From the NCBI RefSeq assembly GCF_009914755.1, contig NC_060926.1: a DNA stretch of 64,000 bases; one strand, written 5' to 3'. The notes under the pieces are model-generated. The model had not been told where the DNA came from. It worked only from the letters and a program-made list of their open reading frames with translations, and did no database searches. Every line of letters starts with the position of its first letter. Position 1 is the first letter of the stretch. A program made the translations under genes and the position numbers. Source of the DNA: the human T2T-CHM13v2.0 reference genome, Homo sapiens. Below are positions 43,617-64,000 of this stretch, in pieces.

Positions 43617-43678
43617 GGGGAGGGTGTGGTGGGTTCTCCCCTGCCACCCCCGGGATGGCTGCTTCCAAGTTGTTTGCA

Positions 43679-43684
43679 ATTAAA
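43679..43684 (+). terminator. TUBA3D polyadenylation signal (ATTAAA)
   Basis: ATTAAA about 60 nt after the stop, followed by GT-rich sequence. Confidence 0.7.
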
Positions 43685-44269
43685 GGTTCTGTATAAAACC
43701 AAGCCCTCTGTGTGTCGTGCAGCTTAGCTCTGCCTACAGGAGCCGGTGGGACCCTAGAGCCTGCATGGACAGCGGTGGGGTGCCAGCCTGCCCTGCTGCT
43801 GGTGTGGGGTTGGGTGCAGCAGGACTGTACATAAGCAGCTGCCACAGAAGTAACCTGACCAGGGGAAAATAGTGTTTCTTCAAAGCCAGGTGTTCAATGT
43901 ATAGATTTCCTAAATTCTAGGAAAGCAGAGTCAGGGTTTTCAACTGAATCTGTGATTTTTCGGGCTTCTTTATTGATGGGTCATGCTGGCTAAAAGGGAG
44001 ACTAGAAGTGTTGGAGGTCTGTGGATGGGGCTTGTCCATGAAGTCTCTAAAGCTGTGGGTCAAATGTGTAAGGTCAGGACATTTTAGAGGGGGAAAGAGT
44101 ATTAACCGAGTTCTGCACAGCATTCGTGACCCACAGAAGGTCACAACACACCCATGCTGACCCCAGTGCTCCACAGTAACCTGGAAGGCAGCGTTCGCCC
44201 TCTGTGCGTACACACAGCAACCCTGTCCCTCAGCACTGTCAACTGTCTTGGTAGAAAACCTCCCATGAG

Positions 44270-44510
44270 GTGGGAGATCGAGACCATCCTAGCTAACATG
44301 GTGAAACCCCGTCTCTACTAAAAATACAACAAAACTAGCCGGGTGTGGTGGTGGGCACTGTAGGCCCAGCTACTTGGGAGGCTGAGGCAGGAGAATGGCG
44401 CGAACCCAGGAGGCGGAGCTTGTAGTGAGCCAAGATCGCACTACTGCACTCCAGCTTGGGTAACAGAGCAAGACTCCGTTTCAGAAAACAAACAAACAAA
44501 CAAACAAAAA
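44270..44510 (+). mobile_element. 5'-truncated AluY-like element with an AAAACCTCCCA duplication
   Basis: Alu body from GAGATCGAGACC and a (AAAC)n tail. AAAACCTCCCA occurs on both sides. Confidence 0.8.
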
Positions 44511-44756
44511 ACCTCCCACATTTCACTCCAAGTGAAGCTTGTTGATGTCTATTTATAAAAGACCTGGCAATCCAGACACCTTTCCTCAGAACCCAAATCA
44601 GGTTCAGGAAGTTGACCCATGGTGAAGGGACCTGGTTAGTTCACTGTGGCACAACCAGGACCGGCACAGAAACTTCATTCTAAGTGTGCCTTAATATAAA
44701 AAAAAAAAAAAAACAGTAGAGAGCATCTGACCTGGACCCTCTGCATCTCAGAAAGG

Positions 44757-44762
44757 TTTATT
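44757..44762 (-). terminator. MZT2A polyadenylation signal (AATAAA on minus strand)
   Basis: TTTATT on the plus strand, about 67 nt past the MZT2A stop codon. Confidence 0.75.
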
Positions 44763-44828
44763 ATCAACTGAAGGAGGTAACATGTAGCCTTTGCTGGGGA
44801 CAAAGATGTGACAAGTCTCTGCCCCATC

Positions 44829-44986
44829 CTAGGTGCTGCCCTGCGTAGGGCTCTTCCCAGGCCCGCCCCCCTTGGGCAGCCTGGTAGCGCTGGGCTGGCG
44901 TGGCATCCTCTGGCTGGATCCCTCGTGGTTGCTGCGTTCCGCCAGGGCCAATACTCCCCCGAGGGCAGCGCTGCCTTTGTCTCTCC
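44829..44986 (-). CDS. MZT2A: MZT2A exon 3 (to stop)
   Basis: ttag|GG AGA GAC, encodes GRDKGSAALGGVLALAERSNHEGSSQRMPRQPSATRLPKGGGPGKSPTQGST*. Residues match the A paralogue as recalled. Confidence 0.94.
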
Positions 44987-45982
44987 CTAAGGAGACACAA
45001 AGCACAATGATTAGGAATGGACGCGCCCCATAAATGCAGCACCTGCTGTACTCGTGCTCCTTGGGCAACATTTGTGTCTACACATTTCCATCAAAGTCGC
45101 TTCAGCTAGAGGCCCTGCATCAGCCCCAAGTCCTGAGACTCAGAACCACTAAAGACAGGTCACGCCCCAGAAGCCCTTGGCAGTGTGCAGGGGACCCTTT
45201 AGGATGTGTCCTAGGAGCGAAGCCACGCAAGGAGCACACTGCCAAGGGAACATTTTGAAAGGACACATGCCACGGGCCCATTTAGGGAAAGGTAGGTGTG
45301 GTGGTCCACACCTAGCCTGGTCAGCAAACCTAGTCTGCCCTGATCGTGCCATCAGCGGCAGCAGCAGCAGCAGGGACGCGCTGCCTCATCCTCAAGGTGT
45401 GTTCACGCTGGACTGCACATCTGAGCTGCCCCAGATGGTGACAGGCAGGAAGTACTGCAGTCACCAAGTCCTGGAATTGGGTTTCTGATTTTGATTTTGG
45501 AAGCTCTTTCATTGTTTCCTACCTACCCGAGTGTTCTGCAGTGGTCAAGCCTCTTGCTTTCGGGTTTAGCTGCCAGATTCCATGACAGGGTTCCTGCCAC
45601 AGTCTGAACGCTTGAGACTTTCCTTCTGAACACCAGAGGCTCTCTCGGATGAAGACCACAGGTTCAGAGTTTCTTTGATTTGTAATTTGCTTACTTTACT
45701 CTTTAAGATAGCCAAGAAAAATCTGCAACCACACTCGGGCCAGAGCTTTATTTTAATGGGATGCATTTCCCTGGGCTCAGGGTGTTGACAGCATCGGCAA
45801 GACTGAGAGGACCCTCCAAGGTACAAACGTGCCCGGGTAGCAGGCTTGCCCGTGGGGTCACAGCCCCCCATGCGGAGTGCCTTGGCCAGGGCTCTCCCCT
45901 GCTCTGGCCTGGTGGGGTCTGACCCGTGGGCTCTAAACAGGGCGTGTGTCCCCTGCCTGACTCAGTGTTGGGTCCCCCATTT

Positions 45983-46466
45983 CATCCCCCCAGCATTTCC
46001 TTTGTCCTGACTGAGGGAGTGCCTTGACCACTCTGACCTAATCAGCTACATGTTCCCCCTGCAGGCTCAAACCCTGGCTGGGGCTTGCATGTTCCCAGAC
46101 ACTGATACACGTTTAGGTTGTTGCCTGGAACACTGAAAGATCTGACGTGTTGCTAAGCACGTGGAAACTGGTCCCACCCCAGCCAAATTCCTTGCACCCT
46201 CATAGAAACTCCACACCCCACCCCCTCAGTGCGGTGTGCCTAGGCACAACCTCTTTCCTGGCTGTCCCTCGTGAGGGCACGCTGCAGCCCCCTCTGTATA
46301 TAAGCTCCCTAACAAATGCTTTGGACTGACCACCCTGGCATTAAGTGTTTCTTCCTTTGGAATCCCAACTGGCTCTCATCTTGGAAAGGTTTGGGGCAGT
46401 CCCGTGTGGGAACTCCCCTGCCATCACTTTTAGGGTGACTCCAGACAAGGGTTCAGCCAACAGAAC
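45983..46466 (+). mobile_element. ERVL-type LTR (MER54/MER73/MER74-like) in MZT2A intron 2
   Basis: 3' end GGGAACTCCCCTGCC...TTTTAGGGTGACTCCAG...AGAACA resembles this LTR group. The subfamily is uncertain. Confidence 0.45.
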
Positions 46467-47372
46467 ACCCAGCCTCAATCCTGGTCCTTCCCTGGCCTCT
46501 TATCAAGTGTAGTCAAATACCCTGCAAAGGGAAACTGGATTCCTGGAGAAAAGATGCAACCGGGTGTCTAGGGACCCATTAGGTCATTTGTTTCACCATC
46601 TGTCACCCTGAACAAGCAGAGACTCCTGTGTCTGAGATGCCGTGGACCCCCGCTCTTCCAGAGGTACCTCCAGCTCCCTTTCTATGCTAATACCAGAAAA
46701 TTCTCCCCATACCCTGCAGGGATAGGACGGCCCTCCTTATGAGTTTCCGGGGAGTTCTTCCTCAGAGAATGAGATCTTTGCTCATTCTTGCCTGGTGGTG
46801 GTGAGGGTTACAGCGGTGTCATGCTGGGAACTCTGTCAGCTTGTCACACTTGGCTGAACAAAGATGGAGTCAGGGTTGCCCTGAGCCAAGGAGGAGCGCA
46901 GTCAGGAACACGTGGTGGGTGATGATTGGCCACCTCAGCCCAGCAGTGACTAGTGAAAAAGGCACAAAGCAGACAATAGCCACCACGCATCTCTTGTGGT
47001 ACAAACTGCCATAATTCTAGTCCCCACTGACTGGTCAAGGGGCAAGGATTCTGTCTTCCATGAGCAGACGGGACCCACCACCCTGCAGCAGCTCCCACAC
47101 TGGGCCAGCATCCTCCTCTGAGGCCACAGTCCCTCTGCAGGCCAGGCCAGACAGTCAGATCTTCTGTAGCCGCAGCCTAATCTGGGTGCTTAGGTGCCCA
47201 TGCGCTCTCAGCTCCCCACAGCACGCAGCATGGCAGGCCGTGCACCTAGGCCTGACTCAGAGTCGGCTTCCCTTCAGTTTGCCGCCATCTGAGCTTCCTC
47301 TCCTCCCCTCAGTAGTGACCCAGTCCCTTCTGGAAACAAGGATGACAGCGAAGCAGAAAAGAGCAAATAATG

Positions 47373-50578
<3,206 letters not shown>

Positions 50579-51927
50579 CTCACTGGTGGTTTTCCTCACT
50601 GCCTCTCACTGGACTGAGTGTGATCATCTCACTTCCCTGCCACGCCCTCTGCCCTGAGAGCTAGGCCTGGCACCCAGAGCCCTGAGTGAGTGCTAAGTGA
50701 GCAGCAACATCTCCTGGAGTGACAAGAACTCTGTTCCCAGTTTCTCCCTCCTGCTGGACACTTGCCCCTCAATTGCTCATCTCAGCCTGCAGTCCATACA
50801 CCCCTACTCCAGGCCTGTCCTTCAGGCCCTCTCCACCCTCTCTTGGGCCTGAGCTCTGGGTGGCAGTGAGGTGGCCGCTGTCAGGAGGCTCATGCAGGAG
50901 GCGCGACCAAAGACCCCTGGGCTCTCACAGGCCCCTGATCACACCTGGTGACACCTGGAAAGTGTCCCAACTCAGGAGTGAGGCGGGCAAGGGGGCTGAG
51001 TGCTGGAGTGTGGCCATGGGACCAGCACATGGCATCTGTGTGGCACTGCCTGGCAGACTCTGGGAAGGTGGGAGTCTCTGTTTCAGCCTCCAGACTTCCT
51101 GTCCAGGTAGGGGACAACTTCTAAGAGGCCGAGGCGTTTGTCACGCCTGGGGCTGTGCTCTCCAGCAGAGCACACTGCACCCGGCTGGCTGTCTTCCCCT
51201 GGAGAGGGGCTCTTTACACTCACCACTAGTTCGCCTCTGGGGTGTGGGGATGTTGGTCCTGTCCCCGGATGCCAGCCCGACTGTGGGGTCTAGAGACTGC
51301 CACACCATGTCTCTAATAAACCGAGTCAGAAATAGTGCCCTGTGGCTAAGCGGCAGGGCAGCGGTGGCCTGCATGATCCTGCCCTTGCAGCTCAAAGCTG
51401 CTTGGGCCTCTTGGGGCCATGCAGTTTCCATGAAAACAAGGAAGAGCACCAACCCCCAGAGATAAGCCAATAAACGCAACCTGCAAAAGGAGAGAACAGG
51501 CAGCAAGAGAGGCGGAGGGAACCCGGGGGGCCTGGAGAGAGAGGTGAGTGTGTGGCAGCTGGGCTGTGGAGCATAACCAGAGAGGCCGCAGGCTGCGGGC
51601 TGGAGGAAAACGAGGGCCTTGCAGGGGGGCTACTGTTCCTGGCAGAGAGAAAGGAGGCCTCTGGAGGTCAGAGAGAGACACAAAGAGAGCAGACAGAGCG
51701 AGGGTCAGTGAAGAGGCCAGCACGCAGGTGCCCGGGCCCTCTTGGGTCAGCGGGCGTGGGTGCCCAGGCCCTGGCACTCCCCCCATGAAGGCAGCCTGCT
51801 TTCCACGCCTTCTCATGATGCCTGTGAGGGTCTCCTCCTGCTTCCAGGCAGGGAGCCAGCTCTGGGCCTCCTTCCATTGGCCTGGGAGGTTGTGCTGCAT
51901 TTCAGAGAGAGCCATCGGGAGCAGAAG

Positions 51928-52004
51928 CAACATGCGGAGAGGATGAGCAGGGACGGAGGCTCCACCATGACACTCTCAGTCCCAGCATCTCCTCAGCCCA
52001 GTCA
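51928..52004 (-). ncRNA. MIR4784: miR-4784 precursor hairpin in MZT2A intron 2 (mature ~51995-51976)
   Basis: Reverse complement reads UGACUGGGCUGAGGAGAUGCUGGGACUGAGAG...CCCUGCUCAUCCUCUCCGCAUGUUG, matching the hsa-mir-4784 sequence as recalled. The arms are partly complementary. Confidence 0.8.
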
Positions 52005-52643
52005 CCACACTGGAGAGGGAGGAGGCCCTTCAGACCCCGCAGGCCTCTGCACCCTGGGAGTTCCGCGTCTAACTCTCTTCCTGCAATCATCAGAGGCAGG
52101 AACTGGGCCCAGGTCGGGTAAAGGCAGGAAGACGTCTGCCTGCCCTGCTCCCTGGGCACTTCCCTGGATGCTGTATACCACAGGACAGAGATCGAGACTG
52201 TCTTTTGAAAAACATTTAGAGACAGGATCTCACCCTGTCACCCAGACTGGTCTCAAACTCATGGCCTCAAAGGATCCTCCCGCCGTGGGGTCCCAAAGAT
52301 TATAGGCGTGAGCCACGGCGCCCAGCCCCAAACCGTCTTGATTCCCGACTTTGTAGGATGAAGGCCTGAGTGAAGAGGTGGGGAGGAGCTAAGCGGAGGA
52401 GCCCTACCCAGCCTGGACCACCCTGGGGCACGCACTCTGCGTCCACCTGACCTGGACGTGCCTCCTAAGGCTGGCAGCGAAGCCCAGGAGCAGAGCCCAC
52501 GGATGGGCCCTGCAGGTGCTGGGCCTAGACCGACCGACAGACAGGCCTGGCCACTCAGGGCCACGCTGCCGCTGTGCCGCGCCTGCCCCCTCCCCGCCCG
52601 CCACCCCCGCCACTGGGGCAGGGACAGCGGGCCCAGCTCTGAC

Positions 52644-52792
52644 CTCGGGTCTCGGGCACGCTCGACGTGGGCAGAGACACGGCCGCAGGGTCCTGGGGCT
52701 CGCTCGCTAGCCTCTGCCCGGCACACATGGACTTGAGCATCTGGAAGACGGCGAGGGGGGCCACGTTCAGCTTCAGCAGGTCCACCAGGATC
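52644..52792 (-). CDS. MZT2A: MZT2A exon 2
   Basis: ccag|G ATC CTG, encodes ILVDLLKLNVAPLAVFQMLKSMCAGQRLASEPQDPAAVSLPTSSVPETR. GT donor at 52643. 149 nt. Confidence 0.95.
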
Positions 52793-52974
52793 CTGGCGGG
52801 GACAGACGCGGGGCCGGTGAGCCCTCTCCGCCCGGCGCGGCCACCTCCCTGAAGACCGGACAAGGACGGGGGCGGGGGCAGCGGGGGCTCCTCCCGACCA
52901 GCGGGCCGGGCGTACCCGGAGAGCAGAGGTCGGGGGTGTCTGGCGAGCATGCGGCCCCCACCCGCCCCGCTCAC

Positions 52975-53144
52975 TTGAACACGTCGGGGTCGATACCGCC
53001 GCCCGCCGCCTGAGCCAGCTCGTACAGCTCCATCTCCTCGGTGCTCAGCACCTTCTTGCGCCGCAGCGCCAGCTTCTGCCGGGCCGCCTCCAGCCCCGGG
53101 GGCGCCGCCGACCCCGGCCCAGGCCCTACGCCCTGCGCCGCCAT
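52975..53144 (-). CDS. MZT2A: MZT2A exon 1 (mitotic spindle organizing protein 2A / MOZART2A, gamma-TuRC subunit)
   Basis: ATG at 53144, MAAQGVGPGPGSAAPPGLEAARQKLALRRKKVLSTEEMELYELAQAAGGGIDPDVFK. Donor GTGAGC. 170+149+158 = 477 nt = 158 aa + stop. Confidence 0.95.
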
Positions 53145-54873
53145 CCGCGAGGCCCGCCGAAAGGTGCGCCCCGCCCCGCCGCGCCCCCTAGCGGATGCGC
53201 CCACCGCCCTCTCCCTGCAGCGCCAGCGTCTGGCCTCCCGGGCTGCCCTGGCGGGAGCGGCGGGAGCGCGGGGACGGGGCCGCCTCCTCGGCGTCATTGG
53301 AGCCCAACAGTTAGTGGGCGCTCACGGTGTGCTGAGCGGCGCGCTAGGCGTCGGGAGTGGCATGGCGGACTGCAGGGGCCAGCTGCTTGGCGGTCAGGGC
53401 GTCCCTGATAGACTTGCATTGGTCGTGCTCGCTTAGGTGGCAGCACCCAGCCCAGTGCCAGGCATACATTGGGCGCTCAGTCAATACCTGTTTCAAGAAA
53501 GCGTGCAATTTTCTGGTCCGCACCGGTGCACCACTAGGGGTCGCTCTTCGGGGGGGGTGGGGGGCACTAATCAACAACCCTGCTTACGCGCACGCGCATT
53601 CCTTGCTAGGGAGAAAGTGCGTGAGCCCTACCTTGGGGCGCCAGAGGCCGCCACAACGCAGGCGCATTCAGCTAAGGACCACTCCCTCCCCCCGCACTCC
53701 TGCCTCGCCATTTCCCCTCCCTGGCCGGCCGGCCGGCCTTCTTCGCTTTGCGCACGTACCTTTTGAGGTAACGGCCCAAAGAGGTAGAAGCGCTTTTCCC
53801 GCCCGGCCGCGGGGCGTGGCTCTGCGCGCAGCTTGATGACGACGTTTTGGCGCGGTGGCGGAATGGCGGCTTCCACCTCTGAAGCGGGCGACGCTATGGG
53901 TCCCACAGGTGAGTGGCGCGGGACGCGCGCGTGAGACGGTCCGACGCCCTGGGGGCTTCCGCGAGCCCCTGCGGAGGCCATCTCCGTTCCTCCGCGAGCC
54001 CCAGGACTCGGGCGGCCCGGCGGCTCTGCCCAGGCCGGGCAGGCTGGGGAGTGGAGGGCCCCGGCTGAGTCTTCCTGCCACCCCTCTGGGCCATGCCTTT
54101 GTGCCACCTTCCCGCGCCGCTCGTACACTCTGTTCTGGTCCGGTAGGTGTTCGTTGAAGGTTACCCGTCGTTGAAGGAATTGAGGGAAGGAGAGCTTTGT
54201 GTTGAAATTGAGCCTTGGGCTCAACAGGCGGTGTGGGAGGAAGAGCCGGGTGTGGGTCCCAGCTCGACCCTTCCCCTGTGCGCTCCACATCTCCGAGCCT
54301 TGGTTTCGGAGGCTCCCGAAGCCCAATTCGCAGGAGAGTTGGAAACAAGTGGGCGCGTGCTGTTAAGGGAGGTCTTGGCATGACAGAATTTGCTTGGAAT
54401 GATTAGCGTTGCCCAAGGGCTGTCGCTGTCAGAAAAACAAAACAAAACGAAACAAAAAAAACAAACGGGTCCGAAGCAGCTCCTGGAGAAAATAGGTGTT
54501 GGAGAGTCGCGACGAAGTGGACTCTAGGTGCATGGCACGCAGAGACCTGTGACGGGGGAGGGTGGCCATGGCAGGGTCAGAGAACAGGGGTGTGGGAGAC
54601 ACCTCTTGGGAGTTCTCGGGTTTGAATTTCCTCTCTTGGAAAGTTCCTAGAAATTCCTCTGGGCCTCATTCTTTCAGTCGCTGCCCATGAAAGCTTTTAC
54701 TGAGCAGAGATGCTCTCCCCTTCATCATCTCTAGAGCTCCGCACTTATCCAGCAGTCCACAGTTTAATGCTGCTTTGATCATTTTGCAGTAGTGCAGTGT
54801 TTTCTTGACCAAGTGCATTAGGACTGAGGCGTTTTTCTTTAACACTGCAATTGATAGCTAGGTTAAGAATTGA

Positions 54874-57927
<3,054 letters not shown>

Positions 57928-57953
57928 AGATTCTGCTGTGTTGCAGATGTTGA

Positions 57954-58136
<183 letters not shown>

Positions 58137-59634
58137 TGACTTGAAGAACTCTGTAGTGGTTGTTTTTTAGGGGCATGTGATGGAAACAATGGCAGACTCC
58201 TTAACTTGACTGTGCCTCGTTATTACTACAGGACCTTGGGGTTACTCAACCTCTGGGCTCTGGGTTTTCTCATGCAAGACAAGTTCATTCAAATTCTATT
58301 TTCTCTACTTCCCAAGGGTATGAGGAGGAGGAGCAAGTGAGAAGGATGTATATCAGAATGTTCATAACTTGTAAATTCTTAAATAGATATGAAGCATTCT
58401 AATAATCAGTCATAACTGTCATCAGTGAAAAATGGAGACACTGTTGTGCGGGGGGCTGCTAGGTTGCACTTTAAGTATTAAACATGATGCTGAGAACTGG
58501 GTGCAGTGGCTCATGCCTGGAGTTCCAGCTACTGAGGAGACTGAGGCAGGAGGATTACTTGAGCCCAAGAGTTTGAGACCAGCCTGGGCAACATAGTAAA
58601 GACTCAAAAAGGAAAAAAAAATGATACTGAGAAGTGAGAAGTTAGATATGAGGCAAGTATTGGTGATGAAAGTTCCTAATTTTAGTTCTTAGGAGGTGTT
58701 TTTGTAAACATTTATGTGGAAGGACATTCTTCCTCAGTGCACCCCACTAGAGTCAACAGGTCTGGCCCATGGCCAGACAGCTCAGGTCTCCATCTCTGTC
58801 TCAATCACTGTGAAATCCACCCTCGTTTGGAGGTAGACAAGGCCTTAGATATCCTTTGGCAAAGCTCTCTAGGTTGAAATTCTAGCTGTTTCTCCTGATC
58901 TTAATCCATTCGCACAGACGCCCTTTTTCTCCTTGTAGTCAGGGTGCTTTCCTCACATCCTACGACTAGGTAGATTTCATTAGTCCTTGTCCTGAGTCTT
59001 TTCTGGCCTCTCCATTGCCTTCATGATTAGTGTCTACTTGGCTGAAGCGGTCTGTAATTTTTGTCTGCCCTGTGTTTTAAGATCATTGGTTTAGTAGGTT
59101 CAGTGTCTATTGAATAAAGGACAGCTCATTTAAGAGAGCTTCTGCCATAGCCGTGATGTTGTTGGGCGTTCTTACTGATGATCACAACGGTGTAATCACG
59201 GTGGTCCATCAGGCTGGAAATTTCCAGTTGATGCGTACAAACTCAGTGGTACTCTGTGGCTTGTGAGGGGTGCCCTTACACAATCAAGATCCTCTTCTGG
59301 CTCTGGGGCTGACTCTGGGATCAGCCCCTACTTATGGATTGGTAGAAGTCAATCCTGTTCTGATCATGTGCAGCACTCTGAGGGGGTACTGGGAAACAAG
59401 GCTGATAGTTCCTGGTCCAGAGAGCATAGAACTACGGCCTCTCCTAGTAGTACTCTTTGGGCCACTGACACACATGAGGGGCTGGGGAACCAGGCCAGTG
59501 GTTATGGGTCTGACTCATAACCTATTGCTTGGATTTCTGTTTGACTCAAGCCAGAGTTTGACTCAAGCCAGAGTATCACTAAAAGCTGCAGAGTGAATGT
59601 CCTCGTGACTTTTTCGCTTTGTTCTGTTTTCTAG

Positions 59635-59724
<90 letters not shown>

Positions 59725-59897
59725 TAGCTCTGCTAATGTCTCTCTTTGGAGCATGTCTTATACATTCGTTGAAGAACTTTATTATAATTCCTAATTTCCC
59801 TCCCCGCCCCAACCCCGAGCACTGCCTGGCACAGAGGCCTGGCCATTATCATGACCATTATGTTTATGGACACATTTAAACATGTGAACTTGTAGAT

Positions 59898-60120
59898 CAG
59901 GGGTTCTTAGCCACAGGTGCTCTGTCCCTCAAGGGACACTTGGCAATGTCAGAGACATTTTTGGTTGTCACATCTGGAGGTAGATGGGGAGTGTGTGCTA
60001 CTGGCATCTAGGAAGTAGAGGCCAGGGTTGCTGGAAACATTCTGCAAAGCACAGGACAGCTCCCTGCAACAAAGAAGTATCTAGCCCAAAATGTCAATAG
60101 CACCAAGGTTCAGAAACCCT
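59898..60120. mobile_element. MER20 DNA element
   Basis: CAGGGGTTCTTAGCC...GGACACTTGGCAATGTC...GTAGAGGCCAGG...GCCCAAAATGTCAATAG...AGAAACCCT is typical of MER20. Confidence 0.75.
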
Positions 60121-60319
60121 AACGTAAATACTAAAAATATGTATTTAAATCACACCTGGAATTGTCAAGCCCAGGAAGCTGGCCTAGACAAGGAGTTAAT
60201 ACCAAATGGCAATAGGTCAGTTAGGTTTCAGGGGCTTCACTCTGGAAAGGATGTTGCTTTCCTTTCTGATAGAGCATCCTTCAAGTCAGAAGTTTCCATC
60301 TCTTTTTAAAGAATCTTTT

Positions 60320-60602
60320 TTTGTGGTGGCTCATGCCTGTAATCTCAACACTTTGGGAGGCCGAGGTGGGAGGATCACTTAAGCCCAGGAGCTCAAAACC
60401 AGTCTAGGCAACATACTGAGAACTTATCTCTACAAGAAATTTAAAAATTAGCTGAGTGTAGTGGTGTGTGCCTATAGTCCCAGCTACTCAGGAAGCTGAG
60501 GTGGGAGGATTGCTCGAGCCCAGGAAGTCAAGGCTGCAGTGAGCCATAATTGCGCCACTGCACTCCAGCCAGGGCAACAGAGTGAGACCCTGTCTCAAAA
60601 AA
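60320..60602 (+). mobile_element. Alu (AluJ-like)
   Basis: Alu consensus. Confidence 0.85.
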
Positions 60603-60914
60603 TATGTATTTTGTGTATTTTTTTATTTTATATATTTTAATTTTCTTCATTGTTTATGTTTGTTTATTTTTCTTAATTTAGTCTTCTATCACACACAAAA
60701 AATGTATTTTGATTGGAGGCTGACTTACTTAGCTGGCCCAAGCCTAAAGCAACACTGCTTGGTATGCCATGTACCCCATTGGAAGAACCCAAAGCTGCTC
60801 TTGTCGTTGGCACCATGGCACCAGGGTTCCTTTGGGTGCAGGGCTGATCTCGTAGGTCTCAGCCAGGGAGTGGCCTCCTCAGAAGGAGCTGGGCAGCAGG
60901 TGGTGCAGGACTAG

Positions 60915-61115
<201 letters not shown>

Positions 61116-61118
61116 TAG

Positions 61119-61855
<737 letters not shown>

Positions 61856-63208
61856 TGAGGTAGGGAGGCTGTGGGTGGCCCAGCACTTGACACTTGCGGG
61901 GGGTGTGGCTCATCAACCCTGCGTGTTTGCCCCTGACGCTGCTCTCAGATCCATTCGAGTATTACATATTCTTCTTTGCCTTGAGCCTCATCACTCAGAA
62001 GGTAAGGAAGGGATGCCTTTTGCTGGGAGAGGTGGGGCCACGGCCCAGGGCTTCCCTGCACTTGTTGGTGCTTGGTGGCCTGGCAGTGTCCAGAGCCCAC
62101 GCTAACAACTAGCTTGGTTTTCCAGCCACTCCCTGTGTCCCTCCACGTCCGTACTTCAGACTGTGCCTATTTCATCCTGGTGGACAGGTACCTGTCATGG
62201 TTCCTGCCCACCGAAGGCAGTGTGCCCTGCCACTCTCCTCCAGCCCAGGGGGGACCAGCCCCTCACCGCCTCCCAGGTAAGGCTGCCCTTTGTTAAGACC
62301 TGGCCCTTCCATAAGGGAGTGGCCTGGTCACTTGCATCGCCCACGGGGACAATGTTGCCACCCTTTGTCCACGGTTCCCCAATTTTTCTTATGCCTCATT
62401 CCCCACCCCCAGCTGTCTTAGCACAGACTGGAGGGTGGGGTGTGGCGGGCAATCTGTCCTTAGTGTTCAGTGTCTTTGGCCATCACTGAAGCTATCAGGT
62501 CCCTGGAGGCCTCCACGGCCTGCATGGGAATGGGCTGTGTTGTGCATGGAGCAGCCCTCCCCACAGGCGGTGTCTGAGGCAGTGAGCAGGGTGGAAAGGT
62601 TGTCCTATGAGCAAAAAAAATGGAAATCTCTATGGGCCCCTGGAGCAGGTCTTGAAGGGGAGGCCCTGGGCCAAAGAGCCTGTTTTGCCAGTCCAAACAG
62701 GCTGAGCCTGATGCGTGCCTGCACAGGTCGGGAGTGTGAACCAGGGGCTCTCATGCCTGGCTGTCCTGGGTCCTCAGTGGGCACTAACGCAGGGCCTCTT
62801 GGCCGACTTCCCAGGAGACCCTCTTGCCCCAGCATCAGCTGCCTGTGCACCTCTGACCCTCCTTAATCTCACTGGCCTATTGCCTTCCCCAGGAAGCTGC
62901 ATGCAGGCCCCTTCCTGCAAGTGCTGGCCCACCCCAGATCTGCTGTCATGTGTAAGGCAGGCCAGGCCTTTACCTACAATTCACGTGTGGACAGATTCCC
63001 CAGAGGGTGGAGGGGAGAAAGGGAGAGGCAGGGAGGAGATGCTGCCCAGGTGGCGGCAGTGATCAGTGACCCTGAAATGTTGCTGATCCTGTGGAGGACT
63101 TGGAGGTGAGGCAGATTCACACCCTCTTAGATGCAGAATTCAGCCGCCAAGCAGTTTTTGATGCCTGGTTTTTTTTGTTTGTTTTAACTTTTTGCGTTTT
63201 TTATTTTA

Positions 63209-64000
<792 letters not shown>

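Larger units (their letters stand above)
52400..54350. promoter_or_regulatory. CpG island and bidirectional promoter shared by MZT2A (minus) and the SMPD4 pseudogene (plus)
   Basis: Dense CpG. Divergent first exons with start codons at 53144 and 53836. NRF1-like GCGCACGCGC at ~53588, YY1-like AATGGCGGC at ~53862 and a minus-strand CCAAT at ~53300. Confidence 0.85.

Noticed and set aside
53145-53297. In-frame upstream ATG that would add 51 aa to MZT2A
   Set aside because: The ATG is part of a CCAATG promoter box and probably lies upstream of the main TSS. The extension is low-complexity and there is no support from sequence alone.

Overview
Human-type (primate) genomic DNA, very Alu-rich, matching the 2q21.1 segmental-duplication block that carries TUBA3D and MZT2A. 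Identification rests on recalled protein sequences, not a database search. From left to right: (1) A minus-strand processed NOC2L retrocopy (NOC2LP2-like). Its 13-bp target-site duplications (TSDs) show the insertion also carried about 1.3 kb of CpG-rich sequence upstream of the ATG, including a ~35-bp VNTR. (2) A plus-strand processed RHOQ retrocopy with an open GTPase frame but a frameshifted C-terminus lacking the CAAX box. (3) Three decayed, intron-separated exons resembling CDC42BPB (MRCK-beta) on the minus strand. (4) An intact 5-exon alpha-tubulin gene (TUBA3D, 450 aa). (5) An intact 3-exon MZT2A (158 aa, minus strand) hosting MIR4784. (6) From a shared CpG-island bidirectional promoter, the first 8 exons of an unprocessed SMPD4 pseudogene, with a retained U12-type intron and a frameshift in exon 8. 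The most notable signal is the promoter-capturing NOC2L retrocopy, which retains a 595-codon ORF with a strong Kozak context. Repeat boundaries are approximate and were judged by eye.
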